A DNA stretch of 5,218 bases. Source: an uncultured Erysipelotrichaceae bacterium (GTDB taxonomy: Bacteria > Bacillota_I > Bacilli_A > Erysipelotrichales > Erysipelotrichaceae). This document shows positions 5,140-5,218 of this stretch, piece by piece; within the stretch, counting starts at the first letter, position 1, and each line of letters opens with the position of its first letter. A model generated the notes under the pieces. It did no database searches. It was not told the DNA's origin and saw nothing but the letters and a program-made list of their open reading frames with translations. A program made the translations under genes and the position numbers. The DNA is taken from contig CAYWGS010000108.1 in NCBI GenBank assembly GCA_964457525.1, positions 1-5,218 of the forward strand. Direction: 5' to 3'.

Positions 5140-5163
5140 ATAAAAAAAGCACATGTCGTGCTT
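5140..5163 (-). terminator. Rho-independent terminator for the upstream minus-strand gene
   Basis: The minus strand reads TAA AAT AAGCAC GACAT GTGCTT TTTTTAT. A 6-bp stem (5158-5163 pairs with 5147-5152, 4 G/C pairs), a 5-nt loop, and a run of 7 T in total. The plus-strand version is followed by TATTTTAC, so it could act weakly in both directions. Confidence 0.8.
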
Positions 5164-5166
5164 ATT

Positions 5167-5218
5167 TTACATTCTCCACATTTCACTGTACATCAAGAAT
5201 TGGACATGATCGGCATTG
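5167..5218 (-). CDS. Possible 3' end of an upstream minus-strand gene (partial, product unknown)
   Basis: The frame is open from the window edge (...NADHVQFLMYSEMWRM) and ends at TAA 5167-5169, 3 nt before the terminator stem. Only 16 sense codons are visible. Another frame (QCRSCPILDVQ, stop at 5183-5185) is also open, so the frame assignment is tentative. Confidence 0.3.
   Translation of the reverse strand, partial: NADHVQFLMYSEMWRM

Noticed and set aside
5136-5218. Plus-strand ORF (MDKKSTCRAYFTFSTFHCTSRIGHDRH...) open to the right window edge
   Set aside because: No SD precedes its ATG. It would be translated straight through the terminator hairpin at 5147-5163. Every supported gene here is on the minus strand, and the T-run orientation of the terminator fits a minus-strand gene ending at 5167.
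1-5218. Screen for CRISPR repeats, tRNA/rRNA-like segments, IS terminal inverted repeats, transposase or integrase ORFs, and long tandem repeats
   Set aside because: None found by eye. All long ORFs are accounted for by the five genes, and the intergenic regions (57-147 bp) hold only promoter, operator or terminator-scale elements.

Overview
AT-rich, Bacillota-like 5.2-kb segment with five intact genes, all on the minus strand. I found no rRNA, tRNA, CRISPR array, transposase, integrase or long terminal repeats. In transcription order (right to left): an intrinsic terminator closing a gene that lies mostly outside the window (5140-5163); a membrane-anchored XRE-family HTH regulator (4510-5070); a COG1373-type P-loop ATPase with a wHTH and a C-terminal PD-(D/E)xK-like module, i.e. 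AAA_14/DUF4143 architecture (2969-4408); a GNAT acetyltransferase starting 6 nt after the ATPase stop (2465-2962); a DUF1232/YkvA-like small membrane protein with its own extended -10 promoter (2001-2405); and a large MtlR/LicR/Mga-architecture PRD regulator (13-1929). The best candidate for an undescribed system is the ATPase-nuclease plus GNAT pair. The two genes appear translationally coupled and share an AGA/AGG arginine codon bias that the flanking genes lack. They sit behind a promoter whose -35 and -10 each lie in a small perfect palindrome, directly downstream of the membrane-tethered XRE regulator. A secondary point is that the PRD regulator appears to lack the canonical PTS phospho-acceptor residues. 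All family assignments come from motif recognition by eye; no HMM, BLAST or structure search was possible.
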